A stretch of 59,429 nt of DNA, filler included, from a bacterium (GTDB taxonomy: Bacteria; JAJRZV01): the NCBI GenBank assembly GCA_024275095.1. It is 3 parts of 3 records of this genome, joined end to end, with 100 filler letters (N's around TTAATTAATTAA, not from the genome) between each part and the next. Parts side by side here need not be neighbours in the genome. Positions count along the whole stretch, not along the records: positions 54,504 to 59,429 come from JAJRZV010000039.1; 2 more parts are not named here. The stretch is one strand, 5' to 3'. The position numbers and the translations under genes were made by a program. Below the pieces are notes generated by a model. The model was not told where the DNA came from, did no database searches, and saw only the letters and a list, made by a program, of their open reading frames with translations. Below are positions 58,223-59,429 of the stretch, in pieces (positions within the stretch are counted from its first letter, which is position 1; every line of letters starts with the position of its first letter).

Positions 58223-58962
58223 TTTTCCCCGAATCCCTTCAGAACACCAGCCACGAACACCGGTATCAACTCAGTTTTGATGACATTATCCCAAACTTTT
58301 ACAATAGGATAACCCTTTTCGCACCATTGCTGTATCTCTTTTTTTTCCCAACCTCCTTCCGGCCCAACAACAAAGCAGAAGATTCTTTCCGATGCCGGAA
58401 TTTTCTTCAATGCACCTGAAATGTCTTCCTCCGCATCGGGATGCAATACGAGAACATGCGCGTCAGAGGGAATTGAAAAATCACGCGATGTGTGAACCTT
58501 AACAGCCGGAAGAAACGGGTTGTGTGCCTGTTTGCACCCTTCCACAGCACATTGAAGAAGTTTCTCTTCGCTGATCTTTCTGCTATGGCTCCTCTGCCCT
58601 GGGAATATCACAACGGATGCGGCACCCATGGCCGCCGCGTTTCTTACAAAATCCCGGATTTCACCGTGCCAGGCCACCGCAAAGGAAAATTCTGGAAGGG
58701 TGCGTAGTGCTTTGTGTACTTCTTTTACGTGGCATACGACACAGTGCTGCCGCACTTCTTTTACCACAGCCTGAGCCACAGTTCCCTTACCGTTAAAGAG
58801 AACCACAGTTTCGTCTCTGCGCACGCGTCGAACTTCAGCATGTTTCCGCTCTCTACCCTCCAGCAATATGGCCTCACATGTTGAAAAAGGAGCATCTACA
58901 AAGAACCAGAGACCTTTCTTCCCACAAAAGCCCACCACTCCTCCTTGCAGTAGACATCGCAA
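58219..58962 (-). CDS. rsmE: 16S rRNA m3U1498 methyltransferase, divergent (start probably GTG near 58938)
   Basis: HAEVRRVR, LFNGKG, EGCKQA, VVGPEGG; follows prmA as is typical. Confidence 0.8.
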   Translation of the reverse strand: MRCLLQGGVVGFCGKKGLWFFVDAPFSTCEAILLEGRERKHAEVRRVRRDETVVLFNGKGTVAQAVVKEVRQHCVVCHVKEVHKALRTLPEFSFAVAWHGEIRDFVRNAAAMGAASVVIFPGQRSHSRKISEEKLLQCAVEGCKQAHNPFLPAVKVHTSRDFSIPSDAHVLVLHPDAEEDISGALKKIPASERIFCFVVGPEGGWEKKEIQQWCEKGYPIVKVWDNVIKTELIPVFVAGVLKGFGEK

Positions 58963-59429
58963 ATTTGAAAACCTTCTCCTGCCAGAGCATCCTTTACCGG
59001 CTCCGGTGCATCATATACGCCTGAAAGTATGAGCACATCCTGCGAAAGGCGTGCATAATGTGACATCAATCGAATGTGAACATCTGATGTTATATTGGCA
59101 ATAACGGTGGAGAAACGTCCTTTCAGACATTCCGGTTCTCCACATATCACTTTTACATTCGCACTGATGTGATTGGCTTCAAGGTTTACTCGTGTCACCT
59201 CACATGCCAAAGGATCATTATCCAGGGTCACTGCGGTCTTAATCCCCTTTTTCACGGCATATATTGCAAGTATGCCGGTGCCTGCTCCTATGTCAAGAAA
59301 TGGGGCCCCGAGCCATCCTCTCTGCTGGACTCTTCGCAGAGCTTTAATGGCAAGTTCTGTAGAAGGATGCTTCCCCGTGCCAAATGCCATTGTTGAAACG
59401 AGGAAAATCGGCGTTTTCTCTTTACACTC
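58896..59429 (-). CDS. prmA: Ribosomal protein L11 methyltransferase, 5'-truncated by the window edge
   Basis: MAFGTGKHPST, LDIGAGTGILAI, DND, IANI, ILSG. Confidence 0.92.
   Translation of the reverse strand, partial: ECKEKTPIFLVSTMAFGTGKHPSTELAIKALRRVQQRGWLGAPFLDIGAGTGILAIYAVKKGIKTAVTLDNDPLACEVTRVNLEANHISANVKVICGEPECLKGRFSTVIANITSDVHIRLMSHYARLSQDVLILSGVYDAPEPVKDALAGEGFQICDVYCKEEWWAFVGRKVSGSL

Noticed and set aside
1-59429. CRISPR array, tRNA or intact rRNA genes
   Set aside because: No regularly spaced repeat-spacer series or cloverleaf was seen. The 29-bp repeat has only two copies 12 kb apart, and the 5S-like segment is incomplete.

Overview
Bacterial genomic DNA; gene content suggests a Gram-negative, Deltaproteobacteria-like organism (inference). 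It consists of three contigs joined by artificial N-TTAATTAATTAA-N spacers (30971-31070, 54404-54503), so adjacency across the spacers is not evidence. Contig 1 (1-30970) carries hisZ, a steroid 5-alpha-reductase-like gene, a housekeeping run (plsC-uppP-ftsK-lolA-rimO-lipoprotein hydrolase), cysH, a degenerate 5S rRNA-like remnant beside one copy of a 29-bp dispersed repeat, and an SGNH pseudogene. It also has a TetR-MMPL-LolA-like-beta-barrel operon and a divergent copper cluster (Cys-rich leader ORF, frameshifted cusC-like gene, cusB, cusA, YHS protein, copB), followed by an ArsR/SmtB gene with its operator. Contig 2 (31071-54403) carries alsT, exbB, an epimerase, malic enzyme, a B12 radical SAM gene, AT-rich glycosylation genes, an ABC permease with a premature stop, a Crp-type regulator, pilD, rluA, a Zn phospholipase C, queH, moeB and an IS remnant. 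The most striking locus lies here: a WtpABC-type tungstate/molybdate ABC importer followed directly by both subunits of a MoSto-like polyoxometalate storage protein (mosA, mosB). It is transcribed divergently from a DUF134 regulator with a palindromic operator, making it a candidate tungsten uptake-and-storage module. Contig 3 carries a tolB-like fragment, ychF, aroE (probable CTG start), two membrane proteins, rsmE and a partial prmA. Several genes have a -10 box 6-7 nt before the ATG and no Shine-Dalgarno sequence, suggesting frequent leaderless mRNAs. All family assignments come from motif recognition, not database searches.
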